Source: Iphione sp. A-MEVVRFRX5 (Eukaryota). Taken from it: 64,000 nt of DNA. Made by a program: the position numbers and the translations under genes. Within the stretch, counting starts at the first letter, position 1; the number at the start of each line of letters is the position of its first letter. Below are positions 1 to 12,299 of the stretch, piece by piece. The stretch spans positions 106,082,001 to 106,146,000 of the forward strand of contig OZ320315.1 in NCBI GenBank assembly GCA_976226885.1. Reading direction: 5' to 3'. Under the pieces are notes generated by a model, which saw only the letters and a program-made list of their open reading frames with translations, was not told the origin of the DNA and did not search any database.

Positions 1-489
1 TCAGTTATATGAGTATTTTAACAGAGGAAAACAATTGGTAGTGGTTAAATATGTGCGGATTTGGGGAAATTGGGTTTTTGAGTGTACGGTTTTGGAGTAT
101 CCTCTGTACATAGATTAATGCTTATGCATTTTTCTTTATTAAACAGTCAAAAGAGATTACTTTCAGATAACTTCAATGAAAACTTATTTAAATCACAAGA
201 ACAATACAATATGCTTAATAGCTAGGAAACAAACGCACTTCAGATGTTTGACCATTTTAGGGTCCATTGCTTTGCAGCTTAGACACTCTCCAGCTACACT
301 TATCTTTTACTGCTGGGGCAACTAAAACATTAACAAGGTTCAGATGTTCTGTGGTAAACAAGGACATACTTGGTGCTGGCAATCCCAAGCAAATACTGAA
401 GAATAATGTCCAATTCTACTTGTAGTATGGCAATGAAATTTGCTGGAATTATCCACTTTTATACCAGCATAATTCCAACATTTAGCTCT

Positions 490-1674
490 CTACATTTGAA
501 GATCTTCATGAATTCCTATCCAAATTGATTGAAGCAGAGTTAAAACAATGGCTGTGACAATGAAAACACTGCCAATCACTTCCAAGGTATTCATTCGACC
601 TCCGAGACCAACATTCTTACTGCTATACTGAATTCCAAGAAGTACTACCATAGAGAGACTCAGAATAAGACCAACTTTAGTAGGTGGTATCAACTGGCAA
701 GCCATAATAGACAAAATACATGCCAAGGCTGCACCAATACAATGAGCAGTTAAGAAAAGGGCTTGAGGTATGTTAAGGAACATAACTGGCTGCTCAACAT
801 AAAAACAGAGTACTATGGAAATGATAGCATCCAAAATAGCACAATACAAGATCAATAATATTGGATTAATCGAAGTATCTTCAGCAATGACAAATAGGGT
901 AAAGGCATCAACAGTACCAGCCAAGATCATAAGGATGTAGCCTGTGATGATTACCTCCATAACTATGTATGAAGTCTGTTCATCCTGTCTGTCGATAGGT
1001 ATCATTTCATTCATGTTTTGGGCATCATGACCAAAAGTGACAGCAGTTGTATTTTGGTCATTTTGACCAATAGTTGCAGATGACTTGTAAAGTTCACTTC
1101 CCAATACAGAAGACAGGGTGACATCATCTGCTATGATTTTCTTACTAATACAGGGTGTCTCATAAATAGTAGCTTTCAAATAGGTTGGAACAAATCCCTC
1201 AGAGAAAGTCCTCCATGGTTGGCAGATCAGTATTGTCCCTTGAACACATATGACAATCGCAAATAACATAACTGTATTGACTCTGTTTGTCCCTTTCCCA
1301 TTATTGGCTAACCATTTAGTAAGTATTACCTGGCTGATTAGTGCTGAAGTAATGAATGTGGCATATGCGTCTGTAAGAGGAAGCATAGCAGCCCCAGAAT
1401 AAAAAAATATATTACCAAAGATACCTGAAAGACTCACTTTTATGATTAGTATGATATGTGTCCTTAGCATTGAAGGAGTATTTTGATGTATAGCTAGTAC
1501 TATTAAAGCAATAATACCTTGTACAAAATAACGGTAGAAGCTTAGTTGGAAATCAGGAATAACTCTTTCCAATTGTTGTACAGCTGCGAGAGACAGGCAG
1601 TATCCAAAAAGCCCTATGAAACATGCAGCGTAGGCAAGTATCTCTTGCTTATGGTATCTCTCGAGGACTTTCAT
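490..1674 (-). CDS. EamA/DMT-superfamily multi-pass transporter, SLC35G-like (paralog 1), single coding exon
   Basis: Open 401-codon ORF with about 10 hydrophobic segments in two halves separated by a hydrophilic loop. The ORF-track start (1695) is TTG; the first ATG is at 1674 (MKVLERY) and is conserved in paralog 2 (MKFLERY). Aligns end to end with 22984-24180. Confidence 0.8.
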   Translation of the reverse strand: MKVLERYHKQEILAYAACFIGLFGYCLSLAAVQQLERVIPDFQLSFYRYFVQGIIALIVLAIHQNTPSMLRTHIILIIKVSLSGIFGNIFFYSGAAMLPLTDAYATFITSALISQVILTKWLANNGKGTNRVNTVMLFAIVICVQGTILICQPWRTFSEGFVPTYLKATIYETPCISKKIIADDVTLSSVLGSELYKSSATIGQNDQNTTAVTFGHDAQNMNEMIPIDRQDEQTSYIVMEVIITGYILMILAGTVDAFTLFVIAEDTSINPILLILYCAILDAIISIVLCFYVEQPVMFLNIPQALFLTAHCIGAALACILSIMACQLIPPTKVGLILSLSMVVLLGIQYSSKNVGLGGRMNTLEVIGSVFIVTAIVLTLLQSIWIGIHEDLQM

Positions 1675-1828
1675 TTCTATCCTTGATATGGACAAGTTGA
1701 TATCCTGAGTATAATTATTGCCAAAGAGGCCTTGTAATTCAAGGACACTAATGTCACTGGTGATCCCAGGAAATAATGGATCTTAAAGCTTCTTTTCCTC
1801 ACAAAGCATTCCTGAAGTAAAGAAAATC

Positions 1829-1850
1829 CTGGAAGAGACAGTAAATTAGT
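1829..1850 (-). promoter_or_regulatory. Splice acceptor upstream of paralog 1 (probable 5' UTR intron)
   Basis: Minus strand ACTAATTTACTGTCTCTTCCAG|G: branch-like CTAAT, pyrimidine tract, CAG. Conserved at 24313-24334 in paralog 2. Confidence 0.6.
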
Positions 1851-4800
1851 GTTACTTATTTACCTACTTGACATAATGGGTGGGGAGCAAGTTACAGGTA
1901 ATTTAACTCTGAAAAGCCTTTTTCGGTTGAGATAGCTACCCATCATACTTCAGTTAAAAGCTTTTAAAGACCCAACAAAAGTTAATGTAGTTCCCAACAC
2001 ATATCAAGACTAGAGCTGACATTCACATACTTATGTATTTATTTACTTGTTGGTAACACAGAGATTAATATATCAACAATTCACTCGTTGCTGTTCTGTC
2101 ATGTTGCCATGATCATCCAACACAACATGACAGTCATACATTTACTATGGCGATGCGCAATGTTCGAAATATATTGTTACGGCCAGAATACAACTATGAC
2201 TCTGCACGCATTTGCTTATATACACGTGGGGTGTAAACTTACATGCTCAACATGCTGAGTAACTTTGTGTTGAGTAAATTACTGCTGCACACAACAATAC
2301 AGAAAAAGGTTTCTACTCATAGTGCACTTTCTTATATACTTTGAAAATTAATTTAGATGCCTCACCATGATTTCAATTGATATATATATATACATTCATA
2401 TATATAGCTACATATTGACTTGTAATATGCTCACATGTGACCAACAGTGTCACTCAACTGTCATCCGCTTGGAGTGGTTACATGAGTCACATGACAAAAT
2501 GGCATGTCATTGGCTATGAAGCACTTTGATTGACAGATATCGTGCAAGTCAAAACATCCTCTCACCAGGCGATTTGTCAGTTGCTCAGAGTTACTTCAAG
2601 GTAATATTTGTTCTTATCTACTTCTTATATATAGAAATGATTATAGCAAGGAGCCAATTACTCCCCTTAATGACTTTTATGTAGTCAGAAACTGATCTAC
2701 TTATAGCCCTAAATTATTGTGTAAGGAATCACTGATGTACAGGTTTGAATTTCATGTATTGACTTGTCATAGATTGATTTATTTTATCTGTTTCACATAA
2801 ATATTTTGGTCAATACATCAGTAGCAATTCTTATGACATGGCACATTTTACAAATACATGTTTAACCAAACCTTAGCTTATTGCTATCTTTTGAGAAAAG
2901 CAGGAAGATAAATAGGTGAATACAAAATGATATCTTAGGTGTGAAAACAATGTATTGCATTACAAGAGGACAACAAATCACAGTGCAACAGCTATACATG
3001 AATATTACAGGTCATTAGTCAATAAGTACATGAAAACAGAAGTGGTGCAATACAGATAGTAAAAACAGCAATCAGTGATGGAATATAATTTATATAAAAA
3101 AACTGGTTTTAATCGAGTAAGTCAGGTCTTTTATTACTAGGGAATCTTTGTATAACATAAAAACTATATTTATAATGCAGTTCTAGCTGTCACGGTTTTG
3201 AAGTGCCTTAATTTAATGCATTTAGACAATATACATACTTCCCATAAGACTATTGCCTGGAGAATGTCATCTTTAAATGGTTCATAACTTTAGACATACA
3301 GCCATTCATTAATAGATAAAGATTCCAGTTGCACCTTCATTTCATCTCATATTCTCTCTTTGTATGCAAATCGTAGAGACAGACTAAGTAAATTGACTGC
3401 TGAGAACAGAATTTTTTTAGGAATCATTAGTTATATATCTAGCAGTCAGATGTTTTATGCAATAAATCATCAGTCATACACCTAAAATTAATCAAGATCT
3501 TAACGTGTATCAGAATGAATTTAGCTAAAGCTGTTGCAGTATAATTATATTCATAATGACTCCAGATCATTATTTTCCTTCCAATATTTATTACAATATT
3601 TTCTGTAAGCACACAAATTTCAAGTAGATATATTTTAGGCATGTAGTGAGTGGTCTTTCTAGAAATGTTATATATTGCTTCCCACACACACAATATCATA
3701 TATATGTATATATGATATATGTATCAGTATTATACTCTTGAAAAAGAAGTGATAACAGCTAGGTCTATAAACATTTAGTTAACTGGACTTTATAGAGAAG
3801 GAAATACAGCGAATACGAATGGTTAGACATAGAAATAAACCACTCAGACCACTTATTTGAATACACTAAACAAATTACATGTAGAAGACTGCTATCAACA
3901 TATGCAGTGATTCCAAATGGCAAGATTTGAGTATCAGAAGTATCAATTCATATAAAGAAATTATCATGTATAAATGGTACCTATTTAAAGTGATCACTAT
4001 TCTAAATGTAAAAAAAACTCTACTCTTGCTTTATGTCTAATGTTTTGAAAAGTATAAGGCTGAAATTCAGATCAGATATTCAGACTATTAAAAATATGAT
4101 CACTTTTTGCTTATTGCAGGCATTGTAGAGCAATTTTTAGTGACTTTAGTGAACAGAGGAAGCAATTTAAGTAAGAATTTTTGCATTTATAGTTCAAAGA
4201 AACATATTTACCATAAAAATATTCTAGTTTGGTGCAGGTCTCTTTGGAAACTGTTGCCCAAAATATGAAGACCCTGAAAAATAATAAACCCATCAGTATG
4301 TGCTCAGTGAAAATGAAATGGATGAACATTTTATCCTATGAACTGACAGAACTGTTTACATTTCTTTTCAAATTGTAAGAACTAATTGTTTCTCTAATTC
4401 TATAGACATTGGACTAACTAAGTCACTGTACAATGGTGCAGTTGAGACAGCTATATGTAAATTCTGTCCAATATGCTTGTTACCTGTCTTGCAGATTGTA
4501 CATGACCAGACAATGATAAATTCCCATGATAGCTGCACAATTTGGTCGTAGACAGAGATGTAGCATACAGACTGCTTTTTATAAGCAAACCTAATGCATT
4601 GTTAGTCTTTGGAACCAGAATAGAATAGTAGGATTCATCTATATCGAATACCACAAGGCTTCTTTGAGTGTAAACCATCCTTGATTGTTAAATAGATGGT
4701 ATAATAAGGGTATTAGAAGAAATATTGATTGGTCTAGAGTTAATTGATAAATAAAAAAGTACAAAGTTTAGTAAATGGTTCGCTAAGTATGTATATATAT

Positions 4801-4870
4801 ATATGTCTGGAAGGAAACACAACGAGGGAGTGGAAGATAATAGACATGCCTTTAATAAACAGTAAAAATT

Positions 4871-6470
4871 TAAAATACAATGTGTCTGAGTTTGCCATTA
4901 CTTTTTCTTACACTACTTAGGGCATTTACACATTTAGGACGTTCTTCACTGATGGATACAATGCCGTTACCTAACTCTGCAAGCAATTTTTCGTCCATCT
5001 GTGGCTTAAACTTGTCACTCAAAATAGACTTATAATTATCACAGCAATAATTCGTATCACAGTCTGGGTCAACAATATCAAATCCAGCACTAATCCCTTT
5101 CCACAAGTCCAACACTAGCTTGTCTTCAAGCCTTGAACGACACAAAATCACAAAGTTTCAACACATTTTAAGTGGAGAAGCACAGTTGCCTACATAGTGA
5201 ACACAGTCACAAACACCATTAATACACTCTCTATAGATAGGTATTATGTTGTTGTCATCGTAACTTTTCACAACTAACAAATGACCCAGCTAAGAGTTAC
5301 TAGCATCAACGACAAATCTCTTAAGTACGCTACTCACAGACACAATGTCATTGACATCCGTAGCAGGCCGAAATTAAGCTGTCACCAACCTCAACCTGAC
5401 CCACTGGGCCATTGTCCTCAAAGTAATCACCAGACGAAGCACAGTCCTTTAGAAACTCACATTTCACTGCATCCTCCTCGTCACTGATGATTGACTCAGA
5501 TAGTCAGTCCTTTTTTGACGCTGTTTTTGTCTTAACAACTTTGCCACCTGACAACTTGCCCAGGAAACAGTCCACTGACTTGTGCCCCATCTTCTGGCAT
5601 CTCTCGCAAGCATGTCGGAATCTGCAGTTGGCGTCCTCTCAAGAACCACTTTTATACTTGAAACAGACCCCGGCCGATCTCTCGGATTTCTTTCTGCTCT
5701 CCTTCTGTTTGGCCACCTCTACAGTCGCATCTAAGCTGAGGGAATGATGGACATTCACAGTGTCTCCGTAGCAGAACACCCCGACTCCCTCTTCTCTTGC
5801 CTTTCTTCTAATCTCCTTATCATAGCTGATCAGGGATTCACTCGTATAAATCCTGGATGAAGCCCTCTCGGCAATGAAAGAGATATGATCAATATAACCA
5901 TCGACATCACACCCTTGAGACAGAAGTTTCTTCAAAAGTCCCATCAATCCCACCATAAGGTCTTCGAAGGAATTCACCTCGCCTCCCTTCACAAATGGTG
6001 AGATACCGAACTTCTTAGAATTCCCTTTCTTGGAACTCTTCTTCTTCTTCCCAAGCTTTTCCTTGTGCGAATCATCAGAGTCTCCATCATCTTCACTGCT
6101 AGAGAATTCATCAGAGTCACTCTCATTAGGCATCTTCTGAGCTGCTCCCATCTTGGTCGCCATCAGAGCCTTGAGCATCGACTCTATTTTCTCAAATCTC
6201 TTCTCCACTGGATTATTGCTTGGATCTTCATTTGACTGATCCAAAATTCCTCCAGCAACTGGAGGATCATGAGTGCACTTCTTCCCAACTGGTGGATCGT
6301 GCTTAGCCTGACATCTCTTGCAAAACATAGGCATCTTGAGCTCGTAACACAGAGCACATCTTCCCCCGTCAAATATAAAATACAATGTGTGGTTATGGAA
6401 TGTTGATAGATGACGTCTCCCCAATCTCTTAGCAACACAACAATCGTACCTTTGCGACATATATAATTAT
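4871..6470 (-). mobile_element. DIRS-order (YR) retrotransposon remnant: gag plus RT N-terminus, truncated within RT
   Basis: Gag from ATG 6334 (MPMFCKRC). Reading through the TGA at 5639-5641 gives CFKYKSGS*EDANCRFRHACERCQKMGHKSVDC (zinc-finger cluster). RT piece GISAGFDIVDP...YKSILSDKFKPQMDEKL...PKCVNALSSVRKSNGKLR is homologous to 8200-8400. Confidence 0.75.
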
Positions 6471-6489
6471 AATACTTATACATAATATA

Positions 6490-6746
6490 TACTATAAAGC
6501 TTTCAACATCGAAATCAAGGGAACAAGTAAAAGTTACGTTACTCCATCATGTTCACAATTGTATAGTATGAACTGTTTCTGCAATTTCCACACTAATCTT
6601 TTGAATGCACAACTGATTTGCAATGATGGTACCACCACATTTTATGTATATATGTTACAAATTTTCATGCGACTGTTGATCACGGATATCTTTGTGTAAT
6701 TGTGTGCAAACAATGATCAATAAACTTATTTGAATTCGAATTTGAA
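6490..6746 (+). mobile_element. Probable LINE 3' end
   Basis: AATAAA followed by TTTGAATTCGAATTTGAA, similar to the (TTTGAAA)n tail of the LINE ending at 40031. Confidence 0.4.
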
Positions 6747-6754
6747 AAAGTACT

Positions 6755-6900
6755 GAGAGGAGAGTGAATAATGGGATCCCTCAGGGCTCAAGCCTAGCTC
6801 CAGTATTATTCAGTGTATTTGTTGATGACTTGCCTTACTGTGTAACTATTGGCAAATCTTTGTATATTCTGAGAAGAACCCTGGTCTGCACAGAACACAG
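6755..6900 (+). mobile_element. LINE RT fragment
   Basis: Translates VNNGIPQGSSLAPVLFSVFVDDLPYC (GxPQGS motif of non-LTR RT). Confidence 0.65.
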
Positions 6901-7441
6901 GACCCAAAATAAGTTTTGTCACATTATATGGAAAAGTATTTAGTGTACATTTCTTATATAAGTAATTATATCTTTATATGTCCCAAAAGACAGAGCATTG
7001 TTTTGTAACCAAGACAACATATTTATAAAAAAGCCAAATCAAAGAAATATTAAATTTCTATGATATCATATATAGGGGTATGTATAGCATGAAATATGAA
7101 CTCTACATCGATTTTCTGCTGAAAAGATTTAATTTCATATGAGATTGACTAAAGGATTTGTTCCTGATTCTGTTAGGTATCTGATAGAGTGTATATGGCC
7201 GATTGGCCTTAGACACCAATATCATCGGTATTTAAAATCTTTGACATCTCAGCAGCCCAAGTAAAGTGTTATGAAAAACAAATTACTAACATAGTTCAAG
7301 TAAGTTGCAAGCATCATATGCTTGCCATATAAAATATAAAATTTAGGTCGACCTGTGACTAGTTGCAAATACGGTTATCTGTATAGAATTTGCCAGTCTA
7401 AATAAAGATTTATAATAAAATATACATCATATACATTGTAT

Positions 7442-7688
7442 TGTAGTGGAGCAGCGCCAACTCGCTCCACATGTGCTGTACACAAGTTTAGACCACACCA
7501 ATATTGTTCCACACGATCTGTTCTAAGTTGCTTCTTGCAAGTGGTTCTAGTTAGCTGACTCCACACGTAACATTTGTGTATAAATATAGTTGCTGTGCAG
7601 AGCTTGATGTAAGTTGAGGTTTACACTTCTTTGAATAAACATCTTAAATTAAATCTTCTGTATGAAGAATATAGACCTGGTTGTAACA
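7442..7688 (+). mobile_element. Solo LTR (247 bp)
   Basis: Termini TGTAG...GTAACA; exact 4-bp TSD GTAT (7438-7441 and 7689-7692); TATAAATA near 7578 and AATAAA near 7634. Confidence 0.85.
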
Positions 7689-7702
7689 GTATTATTCTAT
7701 AA

Positions 7703-10668
7703 CAAGATTGGGCACCATTCGGGTGATTGCTTTGCCAGTAAACTGTCAGGTGATGGCAAGGCGAAAGTTACGTCAAAGAAGGACTGACTAGTAGTGGAAA
7801 GTGCCTCAAGGAGATCTGAGCCACCAAAATGTGAGATGAACATTCCTAACATGGATAATTCAATTTCTCATGTTAAGGTTTTAAGCAATCTGCAGCCAGA
7901 TTTTGACTTGGGTAGTCTTGATCTCCTTTCAGTTAATGACCAAAGCCAAGAGTGTAATTATTGTACATGGCGTTATGAAGGAATTTGTGTATCATGGTGA
8001 CATACTTGGTAGTGGGGAGTTGTTGATGGTGTATAACTTTGATAAGTCAAAGGTTTTCCCTATCTATGATGCTTACATTTCAGGGAAATGTAGTTGTGAG
8101 CATTTATTAGCTCATGTGTTACACCTTTAAAGTGGTGTTAAAATTTTGTGAATTTGACCTGCTGTAGCGTTAAATATGATGCTGTCTTGAACATGTGGAA
8201 AGGTATGAGCTTGGGTTTTGATATTATTGATCATAGCTGCCAGACGAGTTATTGCTTTGAAAATTATAAAGCAATCCTCAGGGAGGAGTTTAAATCTCAA
8301 ATGGATGAGAAAGTTGATCTGAGCTAGTGTCAGGCTGGATACTCGGCCACAGTGTCTTAACACCTTAGGTGGCGTATATAAGAGCAAAGGTTAACTTCGC
8401 CCTATTACTGTCTGTTTCATGCCACAGGGCCAGGCTATTAACAATTTTATGTCTTGAGCAACATATAGAACGCTCCAGCACAAGTCATTGGACGATGTAT
8501 ACAATGTCTTAAATGAGGGTGATTTCTTGGGAACCCTGCGATATCAAGAGTACTTTCAGGTCAGTTTTGGTTAATCCTGATTACATTCCAAGGCTTTGCT
8601 TGGATTGGAGCGGATGGTATCAAGAAATTTTATGGAAACAATTCATTATGTTTTGGCATGAAATGTGTCCCTTGTACCTTTAATGAAGTGTCAGAGTATG
8701 TAGTCACATTGTGACTGACACATCATCAATTATGTTGATGATTTTTTGGTCATAGGTGGCTCAGTGGAGGAGTGTACATTTTTGCAGAGCATTCAGATGG
8801 ATATGATTACAGCATTGGATTTCAGTTGTCAGTTGAAAAGTGTACAGAGCTCTCAAATGTGTGTAAATTCCTTGGAGTAATTGTTGACTCCTTGAATATG
8901 GAGTAACTCCTGCTTGAGGATAAAGTAATTGATATCAAAGAGAAGGTGTCTCATGGCACTGAGAAAGGCTATTAAACTAAAAAGGAGATTGAGAGTATTG
9001 CTCGTTCCCTTTCATATTGTTTCACTATGGTTAAGGGCGGAAATACGTATACTAGGAGCCTATATGATCTTTTAAAAGAAGTAGGTGGCCATAGGAAGCC
9101 TGTGAAGCTTCCAGATGGGGTGGTACATCATCTAAAATGGTGGCTCAGTTTTATAAGGCAATTCAATGGGAAGAAGAAGATCATCAAAAGATCATCAAAA
9201 ATGATGGACGTATCTGGTGTTGGTTTGAACATGACTGGTTCTATGGGTTTTGGTCAAATGAGGCCAAACAGGTGTCTGGTGACCACCACCTTGAGAGTGA
9301 ACCAACTATGGATGATTTGGATCATCCCATCAACCTATTAGAATCGTGGGCAGTGGTGGTAGCCCTGAAGAGATGAGATGTAATCCTAAGGTTGATATTG
9401 TTGCGAGTCGACAATAAGGTGGTCATGTACATGCTGAGAACAGGGAGGAGTTCAAATCCTTGTTGCATGAGATGCATAGAGAGATTTTCTTTGGATTAGT
9501 GTCATTCACAATATTTATTTCAAAGTTGAGTATATCAATACTAATGTCAACATGACTACCAATGTACTTTCAATATTGTCTGACAAATCACAGTTAACTT
9601 AGCTGAGTGGGGACTTATGGTTCATTCAGGCATGTTGCAGAGATAGGTCGATTTCTCTTTTCAGTACAGATGGCCCAATTGAAGAGAGAAGTAGAAATGC
9701 TTCAGGGGGAGGCAAAGAGGACCCACGAGTGCAGGGAGATGCAGCTAAGGAAATACCTGGAATTCAGTAGCTCCTATGATTTACTACCTTCCCGTTGGTC
9801 AGATTATCCGACTTGTTTGTTTTTATCTTACTTGGGGAGATGTTAATGTTATAGTTCAATTAAAAATTATTTATCAGGGTTAGTTTTCTGGTGTAAATCT
9901 TACGGTTGAAAGCCACCACAATTGAGCAATTTTGGTTTTTCACAAGTGTTGTCTAGTTTGAAGAGATTCAGAGACAGAGTCCCAGTGCAAGCCTATGCTT
10001 TTAAATTGTCAGATTAAGAGAGAATTTTTGACCAATTGAATCTCTCTGTCACCAAGGACATGCTCTTTTGGTTGTCATGCATCTTGTCTTTCAGATCCTT
10101 TTTTAGGAAAGAGGCTATTATTTCGAGTAGCGGTTTGTCTTTTTGAGGTATCAATTTTTTGACTTTGGAGCAATTATTCATGTTAGATCTGGTAAAAATG
10201 TTAAATTCAGTCATGATTTTTATGCTGTGCCTGTATGTTACTGTAGCAATTTTGAATTTTGTGTGGTCACTTGGTTGAAGCTTTTAAATTTGCACTACTA
10301 TATTGAAGATTCTCAGAAAGTCTTCTGTATTTTTGAAAATGATAACAAATTCAAAATTGATTATTGCTATTTTGTGTCCATGTTAAAAAGAGTTTGCAGT
10401 GTGTTGAACCTATATGGTCGTGTTTCCTGCCATTCATTCAGGAGAGGTGGTTGCACCTTTTTAGTATTTAGAGGTATCGATGTATCTGTGATTACAATAG
10501 GGCCAACTGGAAATCTTGTTGTGTGCTGAAGTATATTGATATAAAAATGGAAGGTATTGCCTCTGAAAATTCTGTTTCTCATGATTTTTAGGGGTTTATC
10601 CCCATGTTAGTCTGTGTCATTAGACATATATTTAATATAAGTATTTATATGTATATATGTAGCAAAAG
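7703..10668 (+). mobile_element. DIRS-order retrotransposon, 5'-truncated and decayed: gag C-terminus, RT, RNase H, tyrosine recombinase
   Basis: Gag end KIGHHSGDCFASKLSGDGKAKVTSKKD* matches KMGHKSVDCFLGKLSGGKVVKTKTASKKD* of the 4871-6470 element. RT about 8130-8900; RNase H about 9030-9600 (INLLESWAVVVAL, VDNKV); YR about 9665-10570 (SIKNYLSGL, SCHSFRRGG). Many stops and frameshifts. Confidence 0.85.
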
Positions 10669-12299
10669 ACATTGTATTATTCTATAATGACACTCTCATT
10701 GAAATATTTATTTTACTTGTCAATTCCAATCCGTGTGTTAGTCTGTAATATTAGACATATATGTACAATTTTTAATACTTTTATATAATTCTATTGGATA
10801 TAACTATGTAATATAATATTTGGTACTATGAACCGACAAATCATTAACCATGTAACAGTTAACCAGGAATTAGTGAATGAAAAAAATCATACATAAAATT
10901 AAATGTAAGGTAAAAGAAAAACTCTCACAATGTAGCCCCTTTGTAGTTGTTTGCGGTATGCCTTTTGGGTGGACAATGGTTCTGCTGTCAAGTGTTAATG
11001 TACATTTGTGTTGAGAATGAATTGTAACTATGAGCAGATGGAATTCAAAATTATATCGCCATAATAGTCATGCTTTGATAAAGTAATATATTTCCTTTCC
11101 TTTAAATAAAGAAAGTGAAATTCCAAGCTTATATGATTCGATCCCCGATCCTAACACTAAAAGATAGTACCTGTCCAAAAGGCAGACATACTTAAATAAT
11201 GCTTTATTTGAGTGGTTTGGTAAGATATATAAACCGTTAGGACCTGGGTCTATACTAAAAGAGAAAACTCCTTTGAATGTATGTGATTATTATTATCTCT
11301 GATTTGGACTATACTGGATATAATAGAAGTCAACTACTTACACAGAAGGCAACCTTGCCTAGTACTGACCTAGTGACTCTGTTGAGTACTTGTGGTCAAC
11401 ATATAGTTCAAATATGATTAACGTTCACGTATTCCACAGGACTGCCCACTGTATTTCCTTCATATGATTCTCAAATGTTCACAGTATTTTCTTGTCCTAA
11501 ATACCTGTATGTTATAGCTAGGAATCAGATCAGAACAGTGTTTATATGTTATATGCTCTGGTGAACTACAATTATAAACTAGTTCACTCTGCTAAGGCAT
11601 AGGCAATCATCAAGAGTTATATGTAGAGCATATGTTGTGCATACTGTAATGTGGCCTAGTTTGATGGCTATGGATGGTGATCCAAAAAATGCTTGCAGAA
11701 TGGAATGAAAAAGAATCTGTGCACCGAGAAATCTGGTTCATTCAAAATGAGGAACTCTGCCGGGTGTCTTCCTGAAAGATTAGGTAGTGTGTGAGTGACT
11801 GTTCATTGAGCAAGACATCACACTTTATTCACAGTGATAGTTCTGTAATAATTGTTTACTTAATTTACAAAAAGATGGTGTGCAGTTTCGGTTCTCGAGG
11901 CATTACTAGAGAACTGGACCACATGACTCGACCCAGAATAATGAAATAATTTCAGTCACAACACTTTGTTACCTTATGATGTAATTGCATCTCTGACTAG
12001 CCATTAGAGTTGTAACCTCTGAGACCTACTTTCACTACATCCTCCCCTTCCTTATGAGGAACCAAGACTTTATTGGAAATATAACTTTGAAAGTTTTTGA
12101 AGGAGCTTGACTCGCTTATTTGTAAAAGTTTTACTTCTTCAAAAAATCTCCTTGGACCATATGAGATGATTAGAAATTCAAAGCAGCTTTCTTGGTTTCT
12201 TTGCTATCTGAATGAATACACATGGAGGCATATAATTATATGGAACAGAATCTAGATCATTTATTCCATTTCCTTAAGGAAAGGGAAAGATGGCAATGA

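Noticed and set aside
1675-1695. ORF-track starts at TTG/GTG (1695, 24252, 39804, 38911)
   Set aside because: These are prokaryote-style starts; downstream ATGs conserved between paralogs are better supported for the transporters and gag.
11130-11830. SINE-like remnants (GATTCGATCCCC near 11136; TTGAGCAAGACA near 11806)
   Set aside because: Isolated short motifs without an A box, body or TSD.
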